Origin: a virus
Lineage: Duplodnaviria; Caudoviricetes
Length of the DNA: 64,000 nt
Virus record (IMG/VR): IMGVR_UViG_3300049172_000068
Span: 7,387-71,386 of that record
Reading direction: 5' to 3' (one strand)
Shown here: piece by piece, positions 43,266 to 53,226 of the stretch
Layout: every line of letters begins with the position of its first letter
Position numbering within the stretch: position 1 is the first letter of the stretch
Program-made: the position numbers and the translations under genes
Notes under the pieces: generated by a model
Told to the model about the DNA's origin: nothing
Seen by the model: only the letters and a program-made list of their open reading frames with translations
The model's database searches: none

Positions 43266-44988
43266 CGAGGCTGCCCCGGAGGTCGTCGAGCCGTTCACGA
43301 TCGGACCGACCTGGAAGCGCGGCCCGGACGGGCGGTTCATCCTGCCCGAGTACACGCTGGGCTGGCACTGTCTAGCGTGGACGGCAACCTACCTTCAGCA
43401 CTACGTCGGGGCGCCCTGGCGGTACACCGCCGAGCAGGCCCGGCTGACGCTGTGGTGGTACGCGATGGATCCGGCAACGAACCGGTTCCTCTATCGAGAC
43501 GGTGTGATCCAACGGCTGAAGGGACACGGCAAGGATCCCCTCGGCGCTTCGTGGTCGGGGTTTGAGTTCGTCGGCCCGTGCCGCCCGTCGGGGCAGGTTG
43601 CGGATGAGGGCGACGAATGGGGGATCCCCCCTGGGCAGCCGATCGGAGTACAGCACCCGGCGGCCTGGGTGCAGATCGCTGCCGTGTCGCAGGACCAGAC
43701 GCGCTCGACGATGACGCTCTTCCCAGGCATGTTCAGTAGGCGGGCGCTCGAGGAGTACCGCATCGATCTCGGCAAGGAGATCATCTACGCCGACAAGGGG
43801 CGCGCTCGAATCGAAGCTGTCACCTCGTCGCCTCGCGCCATGGAGGGCGGTCGGCCGACCTTCGTCCTGTTGAACGAGACGCATCACTGGATCGACTCGA
43901 ACCAGGGCCACGAGATGGCTGCGGTCATCGAGCGCAACTCGACGAAGAGCGCGGACGGCATGTCTCGCACGCTGGCTCTCACGAACGCCTATGAGCCTGG
44001 TGAGGACAGTGTCGCGGAGCGCACCCGGGAGGCGTTCGAGTCGGTTGAGGCCGGCCGGGTGGTGGATACGGGCCTGTTCTACGACTCGCTGGAGGCTCCG
44101 GCTGAGGCGAAGTTGACCGAGGAGTGGATCGTCCCAACCTTGAAGGCGGTCCGCGGGGATTCGACGTGGCTGGACATCGAGCGGTTGAAGGCGTCGATCC
44201 TTGATATCCGTAACCCGCCGAGCAGGTCGCGGCGCTTCTGGTTCAACCAGATCGTGGCCGCGGAGGATGCGTTCCTCGCCCCCTATGAGTGGGACGCCTG
44301 CGGGCGTGAGGGTGCCGGGCTGCAACCGAATGACGAGATCGTCCTGTTCTTCGACGGCTCCAAGTCGGACGACGCCACGGGCCTGGCGGCCTGCCGCATG
44401 TCGGACGGGTTCGTCACTGCGCTGGGCGTGTGGCAGCGGCCGCCGAACTGGCCAGGGGATGTGCCGTGGCGGGTTCCGCGTGAGGAGGTCGACGGGACGG
44501 TGGATCAGGTGTTCGCGGACTACCGGCCGATCGCGTTCTTCGCCGACCCGGGCGCCGGCCACGACGACGCCGACGGTGAACGCTATTGGGACGGCTACAT
44601 CGACGCCTGGGCTCAACGATACGGGAAGAAGCTGAAACTGAAGGCGGTGACGGGCGGCGCGAACCGGCATGCGGTGCTGTGGGATATGCGTGACCGGCGC
44701 CGCCAGCAGACCTTCACGGAGGCCGTGGACCGCTTCTACCGGGATGTGCTGGAGCGGCAGTTGTTCCATGACGGGCACCGGATGCTGCGTCAGCACGTCG
44801 CGAATGCGCGGCGCCGCACCAACGCGTGGGGCTACACGATCGGCAAGGAGCACCGCGAGTCGGCCCGCAAGGTCGACCTCGCGGTCTGTGCGATCGGGGC
44901 GCGGATGCTGCGCCGGATGATGTTGAACTCGACGGCGTGGGCGAAGCGCGGCACGCCCGGCAAGGGGAGGGTGGTGGTGCTTCGATGA
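43246..44988 (+). CDS. terL: Terminase large subunit
   Basis: RLKGHGKD (Walker A variant), LLNETHHW, FFDGSKSDDATGL, KVDLAV. Confidence 0.92.
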   Translation: MTSLVADEAAPEVVEPFTIGPTWKRGPDGRFILPEYTLGWHCLAWTATYLQHYVGAPWRYTAEQARLTLWWYAMDPATNRFLYRDGVIQRLKGHGKDPLGASWSGFEFVGPCRPSGQVADEGDEWGIPPGQPIGVQHPAAWVQIAAVSQDQTRSTMTLFPGMFSRRALEEYRIDLGKEIIYADKGRARIEAVTSSPRAMEGGRPTFVLLNETHHWIDSNQGHEMAAVIERNSTKSADGMSRTLALTNAYEPGEDSVAERTREAFESVEAGRVVDTGLFYDSLEAPAEAKLTEEWIVPTLKAVRGDSTWLDIERLKASILDIRNPPSRSRRFWFNQIVAAEDAFLAPYEWDACGREGAGLQPNDEIVLFFDGSKSDDATGLAACRMSDGFVTALGVWQRPPNWPGDVPWRVPREEVDGTVDQVFADYRPIAFFADPGAGHDDADGERYWDGYIDAWAQRYGKKLKLKAVTGGANRHAVLWDMRDRRRQQTFTEAVDRFYRDVLERQLFHDGHRMLRQHVANARRRTNAWGYTIGKEHRESARKVDLAVCAIGARMLRRMMLNSTAWAKRGTPGKGRVVVLR

Positions 44989-46415
44989 CTGCGACCATCC
45001 CTGAACTGCCGCTTCTGTCGCTGTCGGGCGACGAGATGCAGCTGCTGACGGCGCTGCGCTCGGATCTGCTGTCGCAGCGGTTCAAGCTGGAGCTGCTGGA
45101 CTCGTACTTCAACGGTGAGCAGCGCATCCGGGATCTGGGCATCTCGATTCCGCCGCAGCTCAAGGGCCTTCACACGGTTATCGGATGGCCGCGCATCGGT
45201 GTCGAGTCGCTGGAGCAGCGCCTCGACCTCGAGGCGTTCCGCTGGGCGGACGGTACGGACGCCTCTGATCTGGACGAGATCGCCGAGTCGAACGACCTGT
45301 ATGACGAAGCGTCGTTGGCGCACCTGGATGCTCTGACCTACGGCCGCGAGTACGTGTCGGTCGGCTCGGGTGAGGCGGGCGACCCGCCGCTGATCACGTT
45401 CGAGTCGCCGATGGACATGACGATGTTCTGGGACGCCCGTCTGCGGCTGGCGACGGCGGCTCTGCGCGAGTCGGTCGAGGACGGGCTGCGGATCGCCACC
45501 CTGTACCTGCCGGACCAGACCGTGTACGCCGCCGAGGCGGATGGCGGCTGGGAGGTCTTCGACCGGGACATCCACAACCTGGGCATGGTGCCTGTGCTGC
45601 GGATGGCGAACCGGCAGCGCACCGCAGACCGCATCGGCAAGTCGGAGATCACACCCGAGGTCATGTCGATCACGGATGCGGCCTGCCGCCGCCTGATGGG
45701 TATCGAGGTGGGCGCCGAGTTCTTCCAGGCGCCGCAGCGCTACATCCTCGGCGTGTCGGAGAGCGCCTTCCAGGACGCGGAGGGCAACGCCAAGTCGGCC
45801 TGGGAGACGTACATCGGCCGCGTGCTGGCGCTGGAGCGGGACGAGAACGGGGAAGTGCCCACGGTCGGGCAGTTCGCCGCCCACGACCCATCCGGGCAGA
45901 CGAAGATCATCGACCTCTACGCCCGCATCATGGCGTCGCAGTTGTCGGTGGCGCCTCACGTGCTCGGCTACACCAGCGACAATCCGGCAAGCGCGGACGC
46001 CATCCGGTTCGCTGACAACGGGCAGATCAAGAAGGCGGAGCGGCGCATCCGCCGCTTCTCGGCGACGCACCGGGACGCGATGAGGCTGGCGCTCTGGTTC
46101 CGCGATGGGGAGCCTCCCGACAAGTCGCGCCGCATCGAGTGTGTCTGGCGTAACCCGGCAACGCCGACGGTCGCCGCGCAGGCCGACGCTGCCGTGAAGC
46201 TCGTCCAGGCGGGCATCCTGCCGGCCGATGGCGATGTGGTTCTGGAGATGGCGGGCTTCAACGAGGACCAGCGGCGCCGGGTGGCTGCCGAGCGCCGGCG
46301 CAGCGCCAACACGGCGGCCAGCCGCCAGCTCATGGACCGTCTCGCCGCCATGAGCGAGGACGCCGAGCCGCCCACCACAGCCGAGGTGACCGGTGGCGAC
46401 AACGGTCTCGGATAG
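44985..46415 (+). CDS. Portal protein
   Basis: YFNGEQ..GWPRIGV..PQRYILG..NPASADAI; follows terL. Confidence 0.9.
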   Translation: MTATIPELPLLSLSGDEMQLLTALRSDLLSQRFKLELLDSYFNGEQRIRDLGISIPPQLKGLHTVIGWPRIGVESLEQRLDLEAFRWADGTDASDLDEIAESNDLYDEASLAHLDALTYGREYVSVGSGEAGDPPLITFESPMDMTMFWDARLRLATAALRESVEDGLRIATLYLPDQTVYAAEADGGWEVFDRDIHNLGMVPVLRMANRQRTADRIGKSEITPEVMSITDAACRRLMGIEVGAEFFQAPQRYILGVSESAFQDAEGNAKSAWETYIGRVLALERDENGEVPTVGQFAAHDPSGQTKIIDLYARIMASQLSVAPHVLGYTSDNPASADAIRFADNGQIKKAERRIRRFSATHRDAMRLALWFRDGEPPDKSRRIECVWRNPATPTVAAQADAAVKLVQAGILPADGDVVLEMAGFNEDQRRRVAAERRRSANTAASRQLMDRLAAMSEDAEPPTTAEVTGGDNGLG

Positions 46416-47172
46416 CGGCGACGACGCGCGCCGCTACCGGGCGGCGCAGGTCGGCCTGACCAGGCTTCTGGTGCGTGATGTTCGCGGTGTGCGGCGGTTG
46501 ATCCTGCCGTCCCGGTTGCGTGAGAGCGTCCCGGACTGGATGACCGCGATGAACACGGTCATCGCCCAGTACGCGCGCACTTCGGCCGCTCTGGCGGCGG
46601 ACTTCTACGAGGGGCAGCGGGAGGCGGCCCGGGTTCCGGGCTCGTTCACCGTGCCGGTCGCGGAGCCGCCCCCGCCGGAGCAGACGGAGGCCTCGCTGCG
46701 GTGGGCCACGAAGGATCTGTGGCCGCGAGATCCAGACGACTCGGCGGCTACGGACGCACAGCGCCAGCCGACCGATGTGCGCCTCGCGCAAGCGGAGAAG
46801 AAGGCCGAGCAGGTCGCGCAGAAGCTGGTGGCCGACACGGGCCGCGGCACTGTCCAGGAGGCGGTGCGGCAGGACCGGCAGGCCACCGCGTGGGCGCGCT
46901 CGGCGGCCCGTGGGGCGTGCGCCTTCTGCAAGATGCTCGCCTTGCGCGGCGCCGTGTACGAGAAGGGCACATCGGATTTCCGGGCACACGACGGCTGTCA
47001 CTGCGGCGTGGTCCCGGTGTTCAAGGGGCAGCGGTTCGAGCTGTCCCCGCATGCCCGTGAGTGGGAGCGCATCTACCGCGAGTTCGCGCAGGGCCACTCC
47101 GGTGACCAGCTTCGCCTGTTCAGGCGGGCTCTCGCCGAGCACGACAGCAATCCGCTGCCGGGCTCGAACTGA
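46393..47172 (+). CDS. Minor head/MuF-like protein
   Basis: ACAFCKMLALRG..AHDGCHC. Confidence 0.7.
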   Translation: MATTVSDSGDDARRYRAAQVGLTRLLVRDVRGVRRLILPSRLRESVPDWMTAMNTVIAQYARTSAALAADFYEGQREAARVPGSFTVPVAEPPPPEQTEASLRWATKDLWPRDPDDSAATDAQRQPTDVRLAQAEKKAEQVAQKLVADTGRGTVQEAVRQDRQATAWARSAARGACAFCKMLALRGAVYEKGTSDFRAHDGCHCGVVPVFKGQRFELSPHAREWERIYREFAQGHSGDQLRLFRRALAEHDSNPLPGSN

Positions 47173-47229
47173 CCAACCCATGGCTGCCCTGGTGGCGGCC
47201 TTTCTCAGCCCCTGGAGGGCCAACTAGCC

Positions 47230-47820
47230 ATGCCTGAAAACGAGGAGACCGAGCAGGTCGAGACGGAGCCGCAGGAGGCCGAGACCGCCCTGGAGGCGGC
47301 AGGGTCCGAGGAGGAGCCGTTCGACCGGAAGCGCGCCGAGGCTGCCCTCAAGAAGAAGAACTCCGAGGCGGAGAACCTTCGCAAGCGTCTGAAGGAACTG
47401 GAGCCTCTCGCGAAGAGGGCGAAGGACCTCGAGGACGCACAGAAGTCGGAGCAGGAGAGGCTCACGGAGCAGCTCACCGTCGCTGAGCAGCGCGCCCAGG
47501 CCTACCAGCAGCGCGCTGTCCGGGCCGAGGTGCGGGCACTGGCGGCGGTCGAGTTCGCCGACCCGGATGACGCGCACGCTTTCCTCGACCTGGACAGCTT
47601 CGTCAATGACGACGGCGACATTGACGCCGACGGCATCCAGCAGGGCCTGAAGGACCTGCTGAAGCGCAAGCCGCACCTCGCGAAGCCGGTCGACAGCTCG
47701 CCGCGGGCACCGAAGGCGGACCGCACGCAGGGCTCTTCGGGCAATGGCAACCGCACTCCCAACGATCCAGGCGAGGAATTCGCCTCATTCCTGAACAGGT
47801 CCCTCACTCGGGGCCGCTGA
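47230..47820 (+). CDS. Head scaffolding protein
   Basis: Acidic coiled coil, KPHLA, precedes the capsid gene. Confidence 0.8.
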   Translation: MPENEETEQVETEPQEAETALEAAGSEEEPFDRKRAEAALKKKNSEAENLRKRLKELEPLAKRAKDLEDAQKSEQERLTEQLTVAEQRAQAYQQRAVRAEVRALAAVEFADPDDAHAFLDLDSFVNDDGDIDADGIQQGLKDLLKRKPHLAKPVDSSPRAPKADRTQGSSGNGNRTPNDPGEEFASFLNRSLTRGR

Positions 47821-47835
47821 GAAAGGTAGCCCCTC

Positions 47836-48801
47836 ATGGTGGCAACGCCCCCGATCAAGCTCTCGTCGGTCGACGAGACGTTCCTCCCGCCCACCCTGGT
47901 GGGCCCGATCTTCGAGAAGTCGGTCGAGGCCAGCGCGGTGATGTCGCTGGCCAAGCGGGTTCCGCTGTCGATGACGGCGCAGACCTCCGTGCCCGTCCCG
48001 CTGGACGTGCCGACCGCGGACTGGGTGTCTGAGGGTGGCCGCAAGCCGCTGTCGACGGGCGGCGTCGACATCAAGCACATGAGCGGCAAGAAGATCGCTG
48101 TGCTCATTCCGGTGTCGATGGAGGTCGCGAACTCCAACGCGGCGGGCCTGTGGACGCAGCTCCAGCGGGATCTGCCGACGGCGTTCGCCCGGGCCTTCGA
48201 TCACGCGACGATCCACGGCCTGACGATGAAGGGCGCCACGGGCCCGTTCGCGGACTTCCTCGGGAACACCTCCAAGGAGGTTGTCCTCGGGACCGCGTCG
48301 CAGACGACCGGCGGCATCTGGACGGACTTCGTCAACGGCATGGAGCTGCTGATCGACGATGACTGGGACTTCACCGGCACCGTCGCCGACAATCGCGTCA
48401 AGCCGAAGCTTCTGAAGGCCACCTCGTCGACCGGCGAACCGCTCTTCGTGGACACCCGTTCCTCGGCGGCCACGGGCACCGGGCGGGCGCTGCAGGGTGA
48501 GCTGCTCGGTGAGCCGCTCGCATACTCGCGCAGCGTGTCCGGCAAGCAGCGCCGCCAGTCCACCTCGGTGGACTCCGGCCTGCGGGCGATCGGCGGTGAC
48601 TGGTCGCAGGCGGCGTTCGGTGTCGGCATGGACATCACGGTGCGGATCTCCCGCGACGCGACGTATATCGATGAGGACGGCGGCGTCCACTCGGCGTTCC
48701 AGGACAACCTGGTGCTGCTCCTGGCGGAGGCCTACTACGGCTTCGTCATGGGCGACGAGGAGGCGTTCGTGCGGTACGTGGCGACCGCTGGAGCGTCGTG
48801 A
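47836..48801 (+). CDS. Major capsid protein (HK97 fold)
   Basis: ADWVSEGGRKP..KKIAVLIPVSME..AFARAFD..GDWSQ..FQDNLVLLLAEAYYG. Confidence 0.92.
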   Translation: MVATPPIKLSSVDETFLPPTLVGPIFEKSVEASAVMSLAKRVPLSMTAQTSVPVPLDVPTADWVSEGGRKPLSTGGVDIKHMSGKKIAVLIPVSMEVANSNAAGLWTQLQRDLPTAFARAFDHATIHGLTMKGATGPFADFLGNTSKEVVLGTASQTTGGIWTDFVNGMELLIDDDWDFTGTVADNRVKPKLLKATSSTGEPLFVDTRSSAATGTGRALQGELLGEPLAYSRSVSGKQRRQSTSVDSGLRAIGGDWSQAAFGVGMDITVRISRDATYIDEDGGVHSAFQDNLVLLLAEAYYGFVMGDEEAFVRYVATAGAS

Positions 48802-49826
48802 CCAAGACCCCTGCGGGTGGGGCTGGCCGGGCGGCGCTGCGTGTCGTCGCCCGGCTGCACGCTGCGCCTCCGCGGCACAACGCGGGGGCGGAGTGGATGG
48901 TCTGGAGCATGTTCCGGGCCCTGGTGGAGCGCGGGCATGACGTGTCTGTGTGGCTTTCCAGGTACTCGGGCGACCGGGAGCCGTATGAGCTGCACGGCGT
49001 GCGCGTCGTGCCGCTGGCGGCTCGCCTGGACTTCGCCTCGCAGATCAAGTCCGCCGATGTGCTGGTGTCTCATCTGGAGAACGTGCCGTCGGTGGCGTCG
49101 CTAGCGCGCGGCTACAGCAAGCCGTTCGTGGCGGTCTGCCACAACACCTACACGCCGACGTTCCGCAACATCGCCGCCGGCGGTTGCGCGCTCGCCGTGT
49201 ACAACAGCGAGTGGATGGCCCGCGAGGCGGAGCTGTACTTCACCGAATACCCGAAGAGCGTGCGACCGGCGGGCAGTCTGATTGTGCGACCTCCGGTCTT
49301 CGCGGCCGACTACGTCGCGAAGCGGCGCGGCGCGCACGTCACGCTGATCAACTGCAATGAGGCGAAGGGCGGCGAGCTCTTCCGTGAGCTGGCCAAACGG
49401 ATGCCGGAGCAGAAGTTCCTCGCGGTCAAGGGCTCCTACGGTGAGCAGGTCGACTACACCGGCCTGGACAACGTGGAGGTCGTCGAGCACGTCCCGGGCG
49501 ATCAGATGCGGGACCGCGTGTATGCGCGCACCCGCGTGCTGCTGATGCCGTCCAGCTATGAAAGCTGGGGCCGGGCCGGCGTGGAGGCCATGGCCTCCGG
49601 AGTCCCTGTGGTCGCGCACCCGACGCCGGGTCTGTGTGAGTCGCTGGGTGAGGCGGGAATCTTCCTGGACCGGAACGACCCCGAGGCGTGGGTGACTGTT
49701 CTCGGCAAGCTCGGCGAGGCGGCCGAGTACCGGCTGGCGTCGAAGCGGGCGAAGGCCCGCAGCGCCGAGCTGGATCCGACCGCTGAACTGGCCGCCTGGT
49801 GTGATGCCGTGGAGGCCCTGGCCTAG
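48798..49826 (+). CDS. GT-B/GT4 glycosyltransferase coupled to the capsid gene
   Basis: GAEW..RALVERGHDV; LMPSSYESWGRAGVEAMASGVPVV (EX7E); GTGA overlap with the capsid stop. Confidence 0.9.
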   Translation: MTKTPAGGAGRAALRVVARLHAAPPRHNAGAEWMVWSMFRALVERGHDVSVWLSRYSGDREPYELHGVRVVPLAARLDFASQIKSADVLVSHLENVPSVASLARGYSKPFVAVCHNTYTPTFRNIAAGGCALAVYNSEWMAREAELYFTEYPKSVRPAGSLIVRPPVFAADYVAKRRGAHVTLINCNEAKGGELFRELAKRMPEQKFLAVKGSYGEQVDYTGLDNVEVVEHVPGDQMRDRVYARTRVLLMPSSYESWGRAGVEAMASGVPVVAHPTPGLCESLGEAGIFLDRNDPEAWVTVLGKLGEAAEYRLASKRAKARSAELDPTAELAAWCDAVEALA

Positions 49827-49835
49827 GAGGTCGTC

Positions 49836-50252
49836 GTGGCGTTCGTGGCACCGACAGCGGAGCAGCTCGGCCTGTACCTCGGGCTCCCTGAGATCGACGG
49901 CGCCCGGGCTGATCTGCTCATCCAGCAGGCGGTCGCCTTGTGCGAGACGGTGGTGAAGCCGCTCCCCGATCAGGCCACTGCGGTGGTGCTGTCGGCGGCT
50001 GGCCGGGCCTACGTCAACCCGCAGCAGGTGTCCTACGAGACGATCGGCCCCATGTCGGTGCAGCGTCCGTCCGGTTCGGGCGGCCTGTATCTGACGCGGG
50101 CCGACAAAGCCGCACTGAAGAGCGCGGCTGGCCGAGGTGGGGCGTTCACCGTGGACCCGACTCCGGCCACAGCGGATCCGTCGCCGACGTATCCGATCGA
50201 CGACGACTACGGGCCGCCGCTGGAGTACGAACCCGGCTGGGGGTGGGTATAG
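49836..50252 (+). CDS. Head-tail adaptor
   Basis: AVVLSAAGRAYVNPQ..ETIGPMS..GGLYLT. Confidence 0.75.
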   Translation: MAFVAPTAEQLGLYLGLPEIDGARADLLIQQAVALCETVVKPLPDQATAVVLSAAGRAYVNPQQVSYETIGPMSVQRPSGSGGLYLTRADKAALKSAAGRGGAFTVDPTPATADPSPTYPIDDDYGPPLEYEPGWGWV

Positions 50253-50624
50253 ATGCCCGCCCCGTATCCGTTCGGGGAGACGGTGCGGATCGTGCGCACC
50301 GGCCCCTCGCCCGGGCGGGATCCTCGCGGACAGCCGCTACCCGGCCCGGACGAGTCGTTCGACCTGCCGGGCTGCGTGGTGGCGCCGCGGGAGCAGACGC
50401 CGACGGTAGGTGGCTCGGAGCAACAGGACCGGGACACCGTCATCGTCGGTTGGACCGTCTACGCTCCGCCCGATCATCCGAAGATGCCGCTGCTCACCAC
50501 CGACAAGGCGAAGATCCGGGGCGTGGTCTGCGAGATCACGGGTGAGCCCGGCGACTGGGGGCGCAACCCCTTCACCGGGCTCCGTGGCGTGGTGCAGTTC
50601 GCGGCAGACCGGGTGACCGGCTAG
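50253..50624 (+). CDS. Head closure protein
   Basis: Position; D..IRG..EI.GEP..W. Confidence 0.7.
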   Translation: MPAPYPFGETVRIVRTGPSPGRDPRGQPLPGPDESFDLPGCVVAPREQTPTVGGSEQQDRDTVIVGWTVYAPPDHPKMPLLTTDKAKIRGVVCEITGEPGDWGRNPFTGLRGVVQFAADRVTG

Positions 50625-50944
50625 CCGCGGGCCTGCTCCACAGCGGCGATCAGCTTCTCGGCGGCGTCGTTGCTTTTGCGCGGGATGGACAGGCTGTACG
50701 GGTCCTCATACGGCGGCCTGCCGCCACCGAACGAGCCGGTGGGCTTCTCGGGCGCGGGCTGGCTGTCCGGCATGAGGAACTGCACGTAGCCGTGGAACAG
50801 CCGGTTGCCCGGCTTGAACCGGCTGCCGGTCACGTCCGCGGCCCTGATCCGCACTGGCGCCGGCTTCGGCCCGATCGGCGTCTTCGTGATGGTGACCCAT
50901 TCGCCGTCGAAGCTGATGCGGCCGAGCACGCCTTTGACGTCCAT
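50621..50944 (-). CDS. DUF4429-like (PH-like) protein, antisense moron
   Basis: KGVLGRISFDGEWVTIT..IRAADVTGSRFKP..GYVQF; AAGGGGG RBS; family name recalled. Confidence 0.7.
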   Translation of the reverse strand: MDVKGVLGRISFDGEWVTITKTPIGPKPAPVRIRAADVTGSRFKPGNRLFHGYVQFLMPDSQPAPEKPTGSFGGGRPPYEDPYSLSIPRKSNDAAEKLIAAVEQARG

Positions 50945-50975
50945 ACGCCCCCCTTGAGTGTGAGGAGTTGAGGGT

Positions 50976-51302
50976 ATGGCAGCGCGGTTCAAGATGAAGC
51001 GGAAAGGCGTGGGCCAGCTGCTGAAGTCCGAGATGATCCGGGCGGACCTCGTGCGCCGCGCCGAAGACATCCGAGCCTCCGCGGTCGCCCTCTCGCCTGT
51101 CGGCAGCTCAGGTGACCCGCACCCGGGCCAGTACAAGGGCGCCTGGGAAGTCGACAGCACGCGCCGCGGCGGCCGGCGCCGTGACCGGGCCGTCGCCTAC
51201 GTGCGCAACCCCACGTACTACGCCCGGTGGGTGGAGTACGGCACTGAACGGGTCCGGGCCCACCACGTCCTGCTGCGGGCCGCTGCCGCGGGCGCTGACT
51301 GA
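50976..51302 (+). CDS. HK97 gp10-like neck protein
   Basis: NPTYYARWVEYGT..HHVLLRA. Confidence 0.75.
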   Translation: MAARFKMKRKGVGQLLKSEMIRADLVRRAEDIRASAVALSPVGSSGDPHPGQYKGAWEVDSTRRGGRRRDRAVAYVRNPTYYARWVEYGTERVRAHHVLLRAAAAGAD

Positions 51303-51703
51303 TGGCCGCCGTCGGCTCGGTCGACGTCGAGCTGGAGGTCATCGTGTGGCTTCGCGCCCGCCTCGACCCCGATGTCGTCGTCCGCGACGAGACGGACAAC
51401 AACCTCCTCAACGAACTACCCACGGTGCAGGTGCAGCGGATCCCGTCGGGCGGCGATGACGGGATCCGGCTCGACCGGGCCTTCATCGACATCGACGTCT
51501 ACGCCGCGACGCGCGCCGAGGCGATCGGCCTGTCGGCGACGATCCGCGGCCTGCTACTGACCGAGCTGCGCGGCACCTCAACAGAGGCGGCCGTGTTCAG
51601 CCGGGTGGGCACGATCAGCGCCCCTGGCGTCCGCCCCTACGAGAACACTGCCCTGCGACGCGTCGGGGCGGTCTACGAGATCTACAGTCACCCGGTCTCC
51701 TGA
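51302..51703 (+). CDS. Tail terminator
   Basis: LPTVQVQRIPSGG..IDIDVYA; position. Confidence 0.75.
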   Translation: MAAVGSVDVELEVIVWLRARLDPDVVVRDETDNNLLNELPTVQVQRIPSGGDDGIRLDRAFIDIDVYAATRAEAIGLSATIRGLLLTELRGTSTEAAVFSRVGTISAPGVRPYENTALRRVGAVYEIYSHPVS

Positions 51704-51777
51704 CCGGCTGGGCCCGCGCCGGACCCTGTAAGCCGACCCCGCCTGCCGCGGGGTCTTCGCATGTCTGGAGACCCTTC

Positions 51778-52365
51778 ATGGTTTCGATCACCCGCGCGGC
51801 GGACCTTCTGGAAGTCGGCGCGAACGGCGGCGGCTGGGTTGCCCCTCTCGGCAGCACCTCGCCCGGAGACCCCGCCATTCAGCCGGCGTCGCCGTGGCTG
51901 CCGCTTGGCGCCATCAGCGACGACGGCCTGGTGCAGGGCTTCGAGGAGGACACGCAGTCCTTCACCCCCTGGGGCTACACCGCCCCGATCCGCACCACCA
52001 TCACCAGCTCGCTGCGCACGTTCGGGCTGACGGTGTGGGAGACCGGCCGCACCACCGTGCAGTCGCTGCAGTACCGCATCGACGCCGCAGACCTGGCACC
52101 GACCGGCGGCCTCACGTCGTTCTCGGAGACCGCGAGCCCGGTGCCGGACCGCCGTGCGTTCTGGTTCGTCGTCCTCGACGGCGACAACTTCCAGCGCGGC
52201 TTCTACGTGCCGGAGGGCGAGATCACCGAACGCAGCGACGTCACGCACAAGCAGGACGAGATCGCGGGCTTCGAGTGGACGATCACCGCCTACCCGGACA
52301 CCGCCGGCAACACCGTCTACCACTTCGACCGCGTCCCGGGGACCGAGGCCTACACCGGGTCCTGA
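51778..52365 (+). CDS. Major tail tube protein
   Basis: LGAISDDG..GFEWTITAYPD. Confidence 0.85.
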   Translation: MVSITRAADLLEVGANGGGWVAPLGSTSPGDPAIQPASPWLPLGAISDDGLVQGFEEDTQSFTPWGYTAPIRTTITSSLRTFGLTVWETGRTTVQSLQYRIDAADLAPTGGLTSFSETASPVPDRRAFWFVVLDGDNFQRGFYVPEGEITERSDVTHKQDEIAGFEWTITAYPDTAGNTVYHFDRVPGTEAYTGS

Positions 52366-52453
52366 GCCGGTGGACGGGCCGCCACCCTGGCGCGGGCCCG
52401 GCCCGTCCACCTTCACCCCTGCCCGCGCCATCGCACAGAAGGAGGCCCGCGCC

Positions 52454-52804
52454 ATGCCCGCCACCAAAGACCAGATCGAAGCCGCCCGCGCCCAAGAGGC
52501 CGAGGCCGACGAGCAGGAATACGTCACCGTGCCGCTCGCCGGACACGACGGCGTCACCAAGGACGTCCGCTGCACGCCCGCCGGACGCTGGCGCGCCTCG
52601 ACGATCCGCGCCCTCAACACCGGCGAGATCGACACGTTCATGGAGACCAACCTCCACCCGGACGACTTCGAGATCTTCAAGGAACTCGACCCCGACATGG
52701 ACGGCTTCGGCAAGTTCGTCGCCGACGCCAGCCGGATCAGCGGTGAGGCCCTGGGGAAATCCAGTGGACCCACGCGGTCCTCACGCAGCACGCGGAAGCG
52801 GTAG
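52454..52804 (+). CDS. Tail assembly chaperone G
   Basis: AAGGAGG RBS; between tube and tape measure genes. Confidence 0.8.
   Translation: MPATKDQIEAARAQEAEADEQEYVTVPLAGHDGVTKDVRCTPAGRWRASTIRALNTGEIDTFMETNLHPDDFEIFKELDPDMDGFGKFVADASRISGEALGKSSGPTRSSRSTRKR
52753..52760 (+). other. Programmed -1 frameshift site (GGGGAAAT) producing the G-T chaperone
   Basis: CTG GGG AAA TCC; the -1 frame is open from here to 53208 (EIQWTHAVLTQHAEAVEADLLERG..MSWRRL..). Confidence 0.8.
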
Positions 52805-53208
52805 AGGCCGACCTGCTTGAGCGGGGCATCGATGTTCTCGACGTCCACCGTGGACGTATGTCGTGGCGGCGTCTGCGGATCCTGATCCAGCACCTGCCGC
52901 CCGAGTCGGCCACGTGGACGGCACTGCGCAACACCATGGATCCCGATGAGCTCGCCGAACAGGGCGAGAAGGGCGAGCCGGAGAAGGCCCGATGGTCTCA
53001 GCTGGAGCAGCTCGTCGCGGTCGTAGCGGATCGGGTGGCGCACATGGAGTGGGCGCTGTGGACCGTGAATATCGAGAAGAAGTCGCAGCGCCCGGATCCC
53101 CCTGAGCCGATCCGTCGGCCGGGTGCGAAGCCGCGCAGGGCGAAGGCGAAGCTGACCGAGAAGAGCGCAGACACCCTGCTCAAACTCATCCAGGGAGGCG
53201 CTGAGTAG
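52756..53208 (+). CDS. Tail assembly chaperone T (frameshift extension)
   Basis: AVEADL..SWRRLRILIQHLPPESAT typical of actinophage GT. Confidence 0.8.
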   Translation, partial: EIQWTHAVLTQHAEAVEADLLERGIDVLDVHRGRMSWRRLRILIQHLPPESATWTALRNTMDPDELAEQGEKGEPEKARWSQLEQLVAVVADRVAHMEWALWTVNIEKKSQRPDPPEPIRRPGAKPRRAKAKLTEKSADTLLKLIQGGAE

Positions 53209-53226
53209 CGCCACGGAGGAGGTGCC

